A stretch of DNA of 55,526 nucleotides, filler included, from Sphacelaria rigidula (taxonomy: Eukaryota), in assembly GCA_964200075.2 (NCBI GenBank). It is 2 parts of 2 records of this genome, joined end to end, with 100 filler letters (N's around TTAATTAATTAA, not from the genome) between each part and the next. Parts side by side here need not be neighbours in the genome. Positions count along the whole stretch, not along the records: positions 1 to 27,716 come from CAXNAA020000111.1; 1 more part is not named here. One strand, 5' to 3'. Positions 12,752 through 24,785 of the stretch are shown one piece after another. The first letter of the stretch is position 1. Every line of letters begins with the position of its first letter. Both the position numbers and the translations under genes were made by a program. The notes beneath the pieces are model-generated. The model was not told where the DNA came from, ran no database searches, and saw only the letters and a program-made list of their open reading frames with translations.

Positions 12752-14504
12752 GGACGTTGCAACAAGAGGCGGTTTTGGCGTAGCGTATTTTGGGTGCGTT
12801 ATCCGGCGCTCCGACGAACGATGACGAAGGGCGAGACGAGGCTGTGGTCTAATCTCCCTACCTTTTTCTGTTGGCATGGTTACAGCTGCGATATCTCCCC
12901 CCAATGGTTCGGACACCATCACATGAAGAGTTAATTGCAAGGATGACACAAAGTCGAGCGCGATCGAGCGCTCAACAGCAATGAACAGCTGAGAACCTAG
13001 GAGACCAACCAGTACACTATCAACGCCATGAAGCCATCGGTACAATTACAAACCGAAATCGTCCTCTTTGTTGAGAGTTTTGGCGCTAAGCGCAACACTA
13101 ATGGCGGCGCCACCTGCCAGACAAGAATTATGTGTGTGTGAGAGAAAGAGACCAAGTAGGGCCCATAACCCAGAACCCCCCGAGCGCAGCATGCCCTGGC
13201 GAGCGGTTGGTGTCCACTTTGCCTTGTACCACTCCAAGATACACGCTACTCGGGTACACCGTTTTCATCATCTGGCGTGGGGGCAAAAACCCCCTTTCGT
13301 CATACCTCCCGAATGAGTACCTGTGGAGCATTGAGACGCTAAAATGCGAGCATATCCGCAAAGCTATCTGCCTGATGATGATGTTCCAGATGACACGGAT
13401 GCCAGTGTACCGGAGGTCCGGTGAGGATCCATGTACATGAAATGTACGGGACGTCAGAGATACAGGCTGCGAAAAAATGTTGGGCGTTCTCTCTCGATTC
13501 CTTCCCTTCATTTCGCTTATTTTTAAGCGATATAATGCGCAAGTTATGGGCTTCCTTCACGCGCATATGCGTTTCCCAGAGGTTCATGCATTCTGCGTAT
13601 GGGCTTCTCTCGAGGGTATTTACGGCAGTTCTGAGTATCGATGCGCATGTTCTGCGCAAATTTCTAGGAGCAGGAGCATGAGAGAATGAACTTTTCCCGC
13701 ATATCCGTCTCATTGGCCATGCTCCAAGTTGAAAAGTGCAACGTGTCGGCATTATACACACCGCAAACATACCTCGCTTAAAAGTGCTCCAGTTTCCACT
13801 GGGTTGCGGGGGTACGGAATATATACAGCAGCCCACTACCCTGTGTGTTGACTTGAGGAATTTGGTGTATAACCGCGTATATGCTGTCCTCAAGTCTCAT
13901 ACACCGCAAAATGTTTTCGCCATTTTCGCATATGCGTCGGACAAATCATACTTATACGCTGTAAGATGTATTGCGCAATATAGAGGATAACTTAAAAAAT
14001 GCAGCCAAGAAAAGGGAAAATGATCGCCGAAGGGGAGATGCCGGCAAACGTAAACCCCTAAGGTGGGGGGATAACGAACAGCAGAATTGGCCTATGTACC
14101 TCGATGGAACAAAGAACGACGAAACCTTGGCGAACAACTACACCACAGTAGAAAATTCCCGCTCCCCGTGGGTGAGAAAACGCGAGCGCTGATGCACATC
14201 GACCTCACGACTACTGCCGCAAAACGAACGCATCTTCTAGCGGTCCCGTAGCTCGAAATGTTCACGTTGGCGTGTGCCTGTGCTGTTACGGGGCTCACGC
14301 ATGCTAGCTCGGCCTTACGAAGGTCCGCTGTCATCTCTGGGAGATTGCAGCGAATGCCCGCTACGCACGGCATGGTGGTACGCTGCTGCTGCTGCTGCTA
14401 CTGCTTCTGCTGTGTGTTGGCGGATGAGCTTGTCTGGAATACTTTCGGCGGGAGGTTGGGTGGGAGGACTCGTTTGACTTTTGAGCTAGACGGGTTTTTA
14501 TTGT

Positions 14505-16760
14505 TCGGAATGACTCGCGAGACTCAGACGCTCACTCTTTGGAATGACTCGTACGACTCGAGTACTTGCTCGTCCCCACTTGTCAGGATGATGCGCATGA
14601 CTCGAGCCCTCATTTTTTTCCGGAATAATTGATATGATTCAGGTCATGACTTGTCCTAACGTTTCGGGATGATTTGCATGACGCAAGTCAGACACATCCT
14701 CATTTTTCGGGATGACTAGCGTGACTCGAGTCAGAGCCATAATTTTTTCGGAACGGCTCGTATGACTCGAGTCATGCCCTATCACCACTTTTTGGGATGA
14801 TTTATATGCTCCTTTGTATCATATATTTTTCGAATTAAAAAAAGTTTTTTTTTAATTAGTAAATGCACTTTTTAAGCCTACAAGTGTGCGAAGGTTCGTT
14901 AATTTTGAGCATATGGATATACTTATATTTTATAACAATATTACTCGTGGAATTTATTATTATTATTCTAATGCAAATAATCTGAAAAACATTTGACGTT
15001 TATTATATGGTCTTGAAGCATCTTGTGCTTTGACTTTAGCTTTTGAATTTAAAGTTTATTATCGTTCAAAAGTGTATAAGCAATTAGGTTATACTCTTAA
15101 TAGTATTTACATACATGATTCGAGTCAGACTCGTTCTCATTTTTTGGGATGACTCGTGTGAGTCGCATTAGAGTCGTCCCCATTTGGGGGGGCAACTCCT
15201 GTAACCCGGGTCAGACTCGTCGGACTTCGGGAACTGCGCGTGGAATCAAGTGGAGGTCCCGTTTATAGGTATGTCTCCCAGTCGGGGGTCTGTGATCCAC
15301 GCGCGAGCGTCTAGTCCAACGAGTATCAATGGCTTCACCCTTCAGTCGTACTTACTCGATTCATATGAGCAGGTAGGTCACAAGGTGATGATGAGCAACA
15401 GTAGGCGACGACAGCATTCGCGCAGATTCACCATCAATGTCTGAATTTCGGCATTGGCGTTGTTAGCATGTTTAGATTCGGTGAGAGTCAAAACTGGTTG
15501 TTACATATTTCCTCTGTCTAATAAGTTAGGGAAGATGAGTTTGCACAGACCCTTAAACTGTGTCCGATTCCCTTTCCGTTTCTTTATTGCGTTTTTTTAT
15601 GTGTGTGTTTGTAAAACCAACTTTTCTTTTCCCACAGATTTACCATACCCCACGCGGCCTAACTTCCGAAGAAAACCGGTCGGCCCGAAAATCGCCGCAT
15701 TCCGTCCCCCTTTTCGGGAGCAAAAACACGTCGAAAAAAACATGCAGTCGGTCTCGCCATCATTGGACTTTGATTATAGAAAGTCTCAAGCCTTTTGGAA
15801 GGCCTACTCATCGTATGTTACCCGCCTTTTCAACGTTCCTGCTCTCTGCCGCACCCTCACCCTCACCCCAATATATTCCACACTAAAGTCGTTGTCGCCT
15901 ACATTTCGGCATGTTCGGTAAACCTAACTGTCAAAACTTCCCAAACCTGGATATTTTCTACTCATTTCATGTATCGAAATATAGCTGTACTTGGTTTTTC
16001 GCCACCAGCCTCGTATGCGCTTCATCCTGCCAACACATCCAAGTGCAGCATCGTCACTGACACCGTTATACCCAAACGACCTAGTTCTCATAACTACCCT
16101 GACTTATGGGACACAGGAAGCATGTGTTCTAGAAGTACAAGACTGGGTACGACTTTGAAATATTGACTGTAAAATTCTTGCTCACTTTCAACTTCCAAGT
16201 TTACCGTCACCTCTAGTTTCTGCTATTATTCATCTTGGTCTCCGTGTCGCCGTAAGAATCGGAATGTGCGCGCTGGCGGGAGTTTAGCATCACAAACCTC
16301 AAGAGATGTGAAATATAGTAATACCCCCAAAGACACTACGAGACAATCTCAAACATCGGACGGATAAAAAGTTCCGTTTGATTCATCCTCTTTCGTAGGT
16401 AACTTCTCGTCTGACGTTGCGTTTTACCTTTTTCTCGCGAGTGCTATACCTCACAGTCGATGGAAATCTATACCTTTTACGCGTCGCCACCCAGTCATAT
16501 CGTCTTCATTTTTCTCAATGATTCGTATGACTCGAGTCATGTGGAGCTCATCATTTCCCGAATAACTCGTGTGACCCGAGCTCTTTGCGCCATTACACCT
16601 GGGAATGACTCGTATCCGCTCTGAGTAAGACTCGTCCTCATCTCTTGGAATGACTCCTATGAACTCCGGGTCAGTTTCGCTCTGTTATTTTGTTTTATGA
16701 CCCATGTGGCTCGAGTCATGATTCGTCCTCATAATGCTGAATAATGGAACGCGAGTCACC
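14505..16760. repeat. Interrupted array of ~41-44-bp ATGACTCGAGTCA-core units (clusters at 14505-14800, 15112-15235 and 16500-16760)
   Basis: Recurring TTTTCGGGATGA..ATGACTCGAGTCA, oriented opposite to the 9.9-10.5 kb array. Confidence 0.75.
14802..15110 (+). pseudogene. Organelle-type group II intron-encoded RT/maturase, domain X fragment (NUMT-like insert)
   Basis: AT-rich island. A single frame from 14802 reads LYAPLYHIFFELKKVFF*LVNALFKPTSVRRFVNFEHMDILIFYNNITRGIYYYYSNANNLKNI*RLLYGLEASCALTLAFEFKVYYRSKVYKQLG. This fits the mitochondrial-class domain X pattern (L.AP...L...GF; I...YN...RG...YYS.A.N; SCALTLA.K.K....KV.K..G). Confidence 0.85.
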
Positions 16761-16779
16761 ACAAGCCATCAGTCGTTGG

Positions 16780-17640
16780 GCATGTGAATACTTGTTCCAA
16801 GGTCATGGAAGAACGCCATACCAGTCATCCCGCCTCCACCCAGGCCGCCATATTGCGAGGCCTCTACTGTAGCGCCAACAAAATCAGCACGCACCTTGAG
16901 AACTAAGGAGAACGTAGAAGAGCAGGGATCCGGACTGGTTCAACAAAAATGGGACAGCAGCCTGCGCAGAGCACACAATTTATACGGGAAGACAGGCGAT
17001 ACCGTGCCATCTTCAGGCGGATCTACCAAGCTGCGCTGGCGTCATACTGCCTCCATACTGTGGACGTGAATACTGCTACAGTAAACGCTCTTGCAGTCAC
17101 ACCCGCGATAAAAATTACACTGCCCCCGTACCGCGCGCAGCTTGCAAAGTAGTGGGAGTCCTGAACTATCTAGCACCTGACGGCGTTGTGAATCTTGCAC
17201 ACAAGGCAACACACCATCGAAACGACATGAGGCCCAACAGCGCAAGATGCACGGCATTTTCACAACGACTTCCGGCGGTTGGCGAATCGATTACCTTAAA
17301 TCCAAAGTCTACGTGCCAGCGTACTTACAAGGCACAGGATGCAGAGAGGGAAAATCTCTACGGCGAGATTTTCGAATTAAACACTGAACATTCCCACATC
17401 TAACGGAACGGGGAACGCACACGACACTTCGTGCACTGCAGCTCGTGCGCCGACGCTATTTCGTGTCCCAGTAGATGTGGCAGCAACCCAACTTGCAGCG
17501 CGACCGAACAGACAGGAATTTTTCTTTCAACGACGGTGTGCTGCACAAGCTCGTGTCGCAAAATTCCCGCTCTTGAATGAGAGGCTTGGCTTACACAATC
17601 AGGGTACAAAGAGTCGCCTCAGCATAAATCAATAGGCCTT
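16780..17640 (+). mobile_element. Possible degenerate piggyBac-like transposase C-terminal remnant
   Basis: 'DRRYRAIFRRIYQAALASYCL' resembles the piggyBac R-W...F......A..N.Y.L region and is followed by a Cys-rich tail. Weak. Confidence 0.25.
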
Positions 17641-18565
17641 ACCCCTATTCCATCGTCAAGAGTCTACTTCCGGGACGTTTTTGGTTAAGGTGACAACACT
17701 GGTGTGCGATCTTGATCAGACTGATAGACCGCCGTGCTCGCTAGCGTGCTCGACACGAACGTTTTTCAAATCAACCCTGGAGATGTCAACTTGAGCTTTG
17801 CCAATGCAATCTCCTCCTTCGGCATCCTCTGATCCCCCCCTTGGGTTGGGGTCAATGGTCTGATGACTATGGCATGCATGATCACGAGTACACCCTTAGG
17901 GTGGGGTTTCGGGAAAAGTCCCGGGTAAGGGGTGAAAAAAACAAGTGTCGAGCATGGCTGTGGCGACAAATTGGGGCAGGTTCGCCTCGCACAAATGGAT
18001 ACACTGACCAAAGCAAATCGGGCGACCTTGGAGTGATGAACGCTGACGTTCAAGGGGCTCACCTTGATCCTTGCAAGGCTTCGAAGGGGGCTCAGGACGT
18101 TCTGGAGTCGACTCTGCTTGTGTTCGGCGTCTTCATTACTTTCGCTGCTATTGCCTGACGTTCCTGCGGAAACGACGACGACAGATTGAAAATATTTCAA
18201 GTGGAGTTGTGTTTCCTGAATAGACATCGGTTCCTGAATACCGTATACGTGCAAATATCGAATAGCTCCTCTATCTACCCCAGGGATGATGGCGTTCAGG
18301 CCGTGGCAAAGTGCTGTACAGCACGGCACCGATGCGGTGCGTTGTTGCCGTACAGCCGGAACGGGAATATTTTGTACGAATCTGAGGTTTTGGGTCGGCG
18401 GACGACGAGTTGTCAAGACGGGAAGGGTTCCACTACGAGGGTGACCCGCAGCTGACCGCGCCCCACACTCACTAGTTCCGTTCAAAACCAGGCAAAACAC
18501 TGAGTCCCTGCCAGTCAGCAAAAAACACACATCAGTGGGAGGCAGCCAGTGTAGCGTACGTACGA

Positions 18566-18572
18566 AAACAAA

Positions 18573-18669
<97 letters not shown>

Positions 18670-18681
18670 CAAACAACAACA

Positions 18682-18735
<54 letters not shown>

Positions 18736-18737
18736 GC

Positions 18738-18796
<59 letters not shown>

Positions 18797-18820
18797 CGAC
18801 GACGACGACGACAACAGCAA
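18566..18820. repeat. Compound (CAA/CAG/CGA)n microsatellite, ~250 bp
   Basis: Read directly. It causes the poly-T/V/L/C pseudo-ORFs in the track. Confidence 0.97.
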
Positions 18821-20411
18821 CTCCACGTGGGGTTGCCATCGACGCGTCTGCAATCGGTCATGGTATCGACTGCTATGCCTGTAGGGTGCACCCGATACAC
18901 CATGTCACTGACCCAGCTCTCAGCGGGGACACAGCCACTCCCCAGGCGGCCCACCATCATCCTCGACTACCACACACACCAACCTCGTCGCCGCGACAAA
19001 ATCGATTCAAAAATACAGCAACAGGGAGGAGACGGGAGGGGAGCAAAAACCGGAGATGGAGGAGGGGGAAGTAGACGGGGTGATGGTGGTGGTACCAACG
19101 CACGCGGCTGTTGCGGGATCCGGTCGCAAGGTGGGGCCGACCAGGGAGGGAGGCGATGCTTCGCCAGTCACATCTACGTTTAGCGACCCGCACAGGTCGG
19201 TGGGCATCGTCGGGACACCTCAACCCGAGTCGGTAGCCCCACGCTTCTTCCAGGAGGAGGGCAGAAGTACCGACGTGAAAAGTCAAGAAAGGGTGGGAGT
19301 ATATAACAGTATTCCACACCCACCCCCGGATGTCTCAGGTCAAGTGTGACCTTTCTAGACACTTGCCTATAGCAACAGAAGCACGAGTTCGTCCCCGTCC
19401 CCCCACGCGCGGGTATCATCACCACGTTCAGTTGCCATGATTAGAGCAGTGATACCGATGTCAGCAGATAGGGTAGAGCGCGCAGCATCCATGATGAACA
19501 CGTTGTACCCTAAAAAACACTGGTACCTTTACCAGACCCCGGTAGAAGTAGCAATAACCCAATGGCCATGTTGCCAATCCCTCCTGCAGGCAGCCGTGAC
19601 TTCGGCGACGGCAGGAGGCAACCCGCAGTATCGAGCTTTTGGGTGGCACTGCTGTAAAAGCACATGTAAACACCTACAGTATCGACCCGCAGCTCATCGA
19701 TGTCGAGAAGGTGATACCGACTCAAAACAACTAAGCGAGTATAGGGAACTTTGCAGGAAATGCCCATAATCCGTGACACAAGGGCCGAAAATGGCATGGC
19801 GGTCGTGAAAAACAACCGACCCAACTCCAGTTCACACTGCGCTCGCTAGTCAATCATCTTCACAAACACGTCACAGTGCATCCGGTGATCACCCCCAAAT
19901 ACTCTGCCATGCTCTCGCTTGTCAACCGCGAGCACTTCGCAATGCACTCGCTCGTAAAACCCAAGAACAGAACTCCGGGGAGACCGAAGGGCTGAAGACA
20001 AAATGTAGTAACACACAGACTCCCACTCGGGCCGAGAAATCGAGGATAAAGTGTTGTACCGCACAGGTCCACAGCGTTATCAAATCAAGGAAGGCAAAAT
20101 CGCCTCCTGTATAGACTTTCCGAGTGACCGCAAAACCAACGACAAAAACTCGTACCGCATAGACCGCAAGTTAGGTCGACAAATCGACTCGAGTAAATTT
20201 CTCGACTCAAAGTGCCCCCAGCAGAAAACGCCCGGAGATCCCACCTGATTCGCAAGACACCGACCTCATAACCAACAGCAGCAGCACCAGATCGGGGCGC
20301 GGTGAACGGAACTGCGGTTCGATGACTGGATCATGTTTTGTTGGGACCTCAAACACACATGCCGACACGCCTGGCTCAATAACACATATAACGGTCCGCT
20401 GGGAAAGTAAA

Positions 20412-20433
20412 CGTCGTCGTCGTCGTCGTCGTC

Positions 20434-20464
<31 letters not shown>

Positions 20465-20640
20465 TCCTCACATTAAAAACCGTTCCGATATCTGCGCAGT
20501 ACTCCGTACTGGGCATCTGATGCGGACGTATTCCGTGGTCAAAGGCTAACTACTTCAATATAGTGTAAAAGAAAGTTTTAAAATAAAATCGGACCCGGAA
20601 AAAAAATCACACAAGCGCGATGCGAGAAGAAAAACAAAAT
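20412..20640 (-). mobile_element. Truncated non-LTR retroelement 3' end with a (CAA)n(CGA)n tail, inserted in the DIRS/Ngaro element
   Basis: 20463-20640 is the reverse complement of 31400-31580 (GATATCTGCGCAGTACTC...CTGGGCATCT.ATGCGGACG). The tail is (GTC)n(GTT)n at 20412-20462. Confidence 0.8.
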
Positions 20641-23600
20641 GACATGACGAGTCCTCAAGGACGCGAAAATGATACGCGAAAATGATATGACAAGCCCTCG
20701 CGGACATGGCCACGACTGGCACCGAACTCATCTTCATCTACTATGAGGCAACCTTGGAGACATCTTCAAGGTCACGGCGGCAGTCTGGACTCTGGTGTCA
20801 CCGTCGAAGAATATCATCGATGACTGCCACCGCTTTGGAGAAGCCAAACGTTTGGAAAATTCACGAACACTGTAGAGTTAACAGTAACAGTACATGCCTC
20901 AGCCCCGATACCCAACTTAGCGAGAGCAAAAGCATACGGCAACTACGGTCGCGTTCGCGACCACCTCCCACAAGTCTGGGACAACCTGAGTGAGGATGTG
21001 AGGAGAAGCGCATGTCTAGTATTGCACCGGTCGGCCGTGAATGAAACCGACGGGCTACGATTCACAGTACTAAGTGCTGCAGTGACCAGCAAAGTACGTA
21101 TCATCCACGATTTCTCATTGGTCCTGAATCTCCGCCAGGAAAAGAAGGAGGGGCAAAATGGTTGAATCAACAGCCAAGAAGGGCGAGGATCCCTCTGCGG
21201 AGAAGCACTCCTAAAAATGCTGTACGAAACTCACATTGAGAAAGCAAAATCCGGACAAGAGTACCCTGCTGCCCAAAACGGAGGCAATGAACGCGTATAG
21301 GAACGCACGGATAGTCGTAAACCAAGCTTGAAAGCGTTGCTACGCAGTTGACGACACCCTAGTAGAAGATTTCCGCCTCAAGTTTGGGTGTTCTCCGGGT
21401 TTGGGGGTCTTGCTTGTAAGGTGTTCCAACATTCTCATTGTCAAACTACCCCCCGAGACGTGGAGCTCCTCGACGAGGATAAAACAGTGGTGCAACACTT
21501 GCAAGTCGTCCAAACCTGGAAGGAAGATCACCAACCCCACTATCCCGCAACGTTGTCATCACTCCCTGGAAAAGGAGAGACCCAGACGATGCATTGTTTG
21601 CGGTAATCTTTGTCGATGACTACACCTTGGTCAAAGTAAAGTCGGACAGCAATAAACAACCCGCACTAGTCGCCTCCGTGGCACTAGCGCCTGACCACAT
21701 GCGCAAATGTGGATCAGGGAAAATTGGCAGAATCCCTATTTTGGCTACCAACAAGCCTACAGGCTGGAACATTACTGTTGACGCGTTAGGATTCACGATG
21801 AATACACTTTCTATGCAAAGTTCGATTTCCGCCGATAAGATAGAGACGATCCGCGCCCTTTTCGAAACTGGCCGGTCGTATTCTGAGACTTGCGTGGAAA
21901 CTATGAAATCTAACGCCCGCCGTCGGAGCGGGAAAATCCTTTGCGGGTTAATTCCAAAGAGTGACCGACCTACACCAAGCGGTCCTGGGAAACAAAAACA
22001 TCGGCGACAAGTGAGAGACTAGGATGAGCGTTCCACGAGAACGCCGCGTTTTGGGAGTGGGCCATCGACAACCAACTTCTCGGGCTGGGGTGATCCCTCA
22101 CCGCAACGGTTCTCGCCCGCGTAAAACGCCACGCCACTCGCCACCATCTGTACGACGCCAGTCTAGAGGCCACGGGGTAGCTACTGCCCGGTGCTGAAGG
22201 CCTTCTGGCGTCGTGCTCTGGCATCACATCTCACGGTCGAACTCAGCAACGAGAAACAGAGAAACCTGCGCAAAAAATCTCCTAGAGTTGTGCGAAATGA
22301 TCATGACAGCATGCCTCGTCTACGTGTTTGTAGGAGAAGATCTCCGTGAACGAGATGTGTGGGTGTTAATACCGGGAAATAACATGTTGTCTATGTCATG
22401 GATAAATTTACGCCGTGGCTCGCAGGAAAGGCGAGCCGGCCTAATAGTGAACAAAATATGGGGTGAATGGGAACTGCGACCGACTGGCGCCCGAACGCTA
22501 AACACATGCGCGGAGTGGACAATACGCTTGCCGATGGAATCTCGAGGTGGTCCAAGCAAACGCAGAGTGGCTAACAGCAGGTCTCAATTGGGTGTAACAT
22601 GCAATAGGCCATTGAGAAAAACTTGCGTTTACATCGACAATACAAGACCTACTATCGACGAAGGTGTTGGGTGAAGAGCTTCGGTCGATAATGACGAGGC
22701 ATGAGGACCAAACATGGGAAGGCCTGATACCCCCTTTCGCCCCTTTCGTACTTGTCAGGAAGACAGGGCCGATATGCACAAGAAGAGGAACCGATGCAGT
22801 TGCTTGCGCCCGCCTCGATGTGCGGCAGTACGAAATAAAGGTAAACAACACAGTTTGGGGTACGACCAGGGTGGAGGGAGATCGCGGGGATTACGTATTT
22901 TTGTGGGGAGACGGAGAGACGGCAGGGGTGACCGCCGGGGTTGCATTTATGGCGAGCCTGACTTTTGTGATGAGAATCAAAGTTCCACAGTACGCTCGTT
23001 CATATCAGAAATATAATATTTTCATGAGACGTGGGCGGGTTGGGAACTACCCACGGTGCATGGCAAGCTGGCCGCCGTTGGAGGTTAAGCCCCGATTGAG
23101 GAAACCCCGAATGATGGGCCTGCTGAACGGCGATTGGATGGGCGCAAGAAGTTGGTAGACAGCCGACTACAGTGAATTAGTATACTCGTAGCCCTCTCCT
23201 GGTTCCTGCCGTGCAGAGCTTCAGAAATTTGATCGTATGGTAATGGACTAGTGCACTCCGACTTTGTCCACCGAGGGGTGGCCCGATTTTTTTCGAAGGC
23301 TCGATCCCGCTGTTATAGAACGACGGGAAACAGGTACTGTAGAAGTCACACTCAAGGCGTCGAGGACTGAGTAAAATATTCAGGGGCGGTGGTCTCCGGG
23401 AAAAGTAGCTGACGAAGCTGAAGAGTTTAGCGACCAGAAAAATCAGGGTGCGCTATAACTCCCGTTAAAATTACCACACCTGCACGCAGGCCTCGGTGTC
23501 CTAGCGCCGTTGACGCAGACACGGCGCGGGGCGGGGTGGAAAGCTATCTTGGTACTCAAGACAGCTAGCTGGTTGGGCCGGTAGAGAGCTAACACAGTAC

Positions 23601-24785
23601 GCGCTAGAGTCGGGGAGGATAGGAGGAGCCACTCACCTAGCAGCACGAGGGGAGACCTCGCTGTAAATGCAGAGGATGGTATAGTGGAAATCTCAAGCGT
23701 TCATGCAGCAGATTTCGTTCATCAAGCATAAGCTCGTTAGTGACTGCGATAATTTTGTGAAAATTCAACAGAGAAGGAGGAGCACATCGAAGTGCCTGCG
23801 TGGACAAGCATTGACCTACAAGCATTGACCAGCCCCGCACGTGGGGGACAATGGAAATCATGGGTTAGCTCGACAGTTTGTGTTCCCATGTGCGATGGTG
23901 GGACCGACAGGTTAGGGTCAGGTTGATTTCTCGTTTTTTCCTCGGCTGTCTGTGATTCTCTGCCCTCCCTAGTGATCCATAGCCTTTGAGCCAAGAAAAA
24001 AAGAAGAAAGATTTTGGAAAAACGGCCTAAAGTCTGTTTGGTTTCTTGTTCCTCAGCTCTCTATGAATCTCTGCCCTCCCTCGTAATCTATAGCCTTTGG
24101 GCTGAAACAACGTGGAAATATTTTTGTACAGTAACAATCTGAGGTTTGTATCGTCAAGTGAAGAATTATTGAGGTGAATTCTCGTAGGGTCCGGGTACAG
24201 GGGCGGTCCGCAGCTCACCCCGCCCCACCCCCACTAGCTCAGCTGCTGTCACAAATAGGCACAACACTATGCGCCATCAAGTACGGAAAAAGCACCAACC
24301 AGTCGGAGATACCCAGTGAGATGTGTAGCATCATTGCGGGCTTTTAACCTGAGCGGGTTACCCCGCCCGCCGCTTGGTGGAACCGGGGACTGGCCGAAGC
24401 CGCAGTCATGATAGATGATAGTGGTACGATTCTTGCGTTGTAACCAGAAGCGATGTCTGAGCAGCAGACAATCGTTTTGCTCTGTGTACAGTGACATACC
24501 TAATTCAGAACAGGGAATTCCCGTGCGATGTTTGAATCATGTGCAGTTCCTTTCACGGTTCGGACAAATCATAATTCATACGGATTGACTCCCCATGAAT
24601 GTTGAACGCGAATCCTGTACGATGTACCAAAGAGTCATCCGGCATGAATCACGGGTGGTAAAGTTGTATGTTCAAGGGCATACCGCACGAATCACGGACC
24701 AGGAATGTGTACACTCCAAGTAGTATCAGACGAATCAAGAGTGCAGAATATGTACAAACCACACTTCCTGAATAAACCTTGGGTG

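Larger units (their letters stand above)
18446..24240 (+). mobile_element. Degenerate DIRS/Ngaro-type tyrosine-recombinase retrotransposon
   Basis: RT: 'GLRFTVLSAAVTSKVRIIHDFS' (~21050-21115), 'VIFVDDY' (~21605-21625), 'VDALGFTMNT...ISADKIETIR'. RNase H: 'YDAS', 'NLLEL', 'HMRGVDNTLADGISRW' (~22500-22550). YR: 'LSWFLPCRASEI' (~23195-23230), 'VEVTLKAS'. The domain order RT-RH-YR is typical of DIRS/Ngaro. Many stops and frameshifts. Confidence 0.85.

Noticed and set aside
17766-19074. Long ORFs (357 aa and the poly-V/L/C/T ORFs)
   Set aside because: They are open only because of the CAA/CAG microsatellite, in several frames on both strands.
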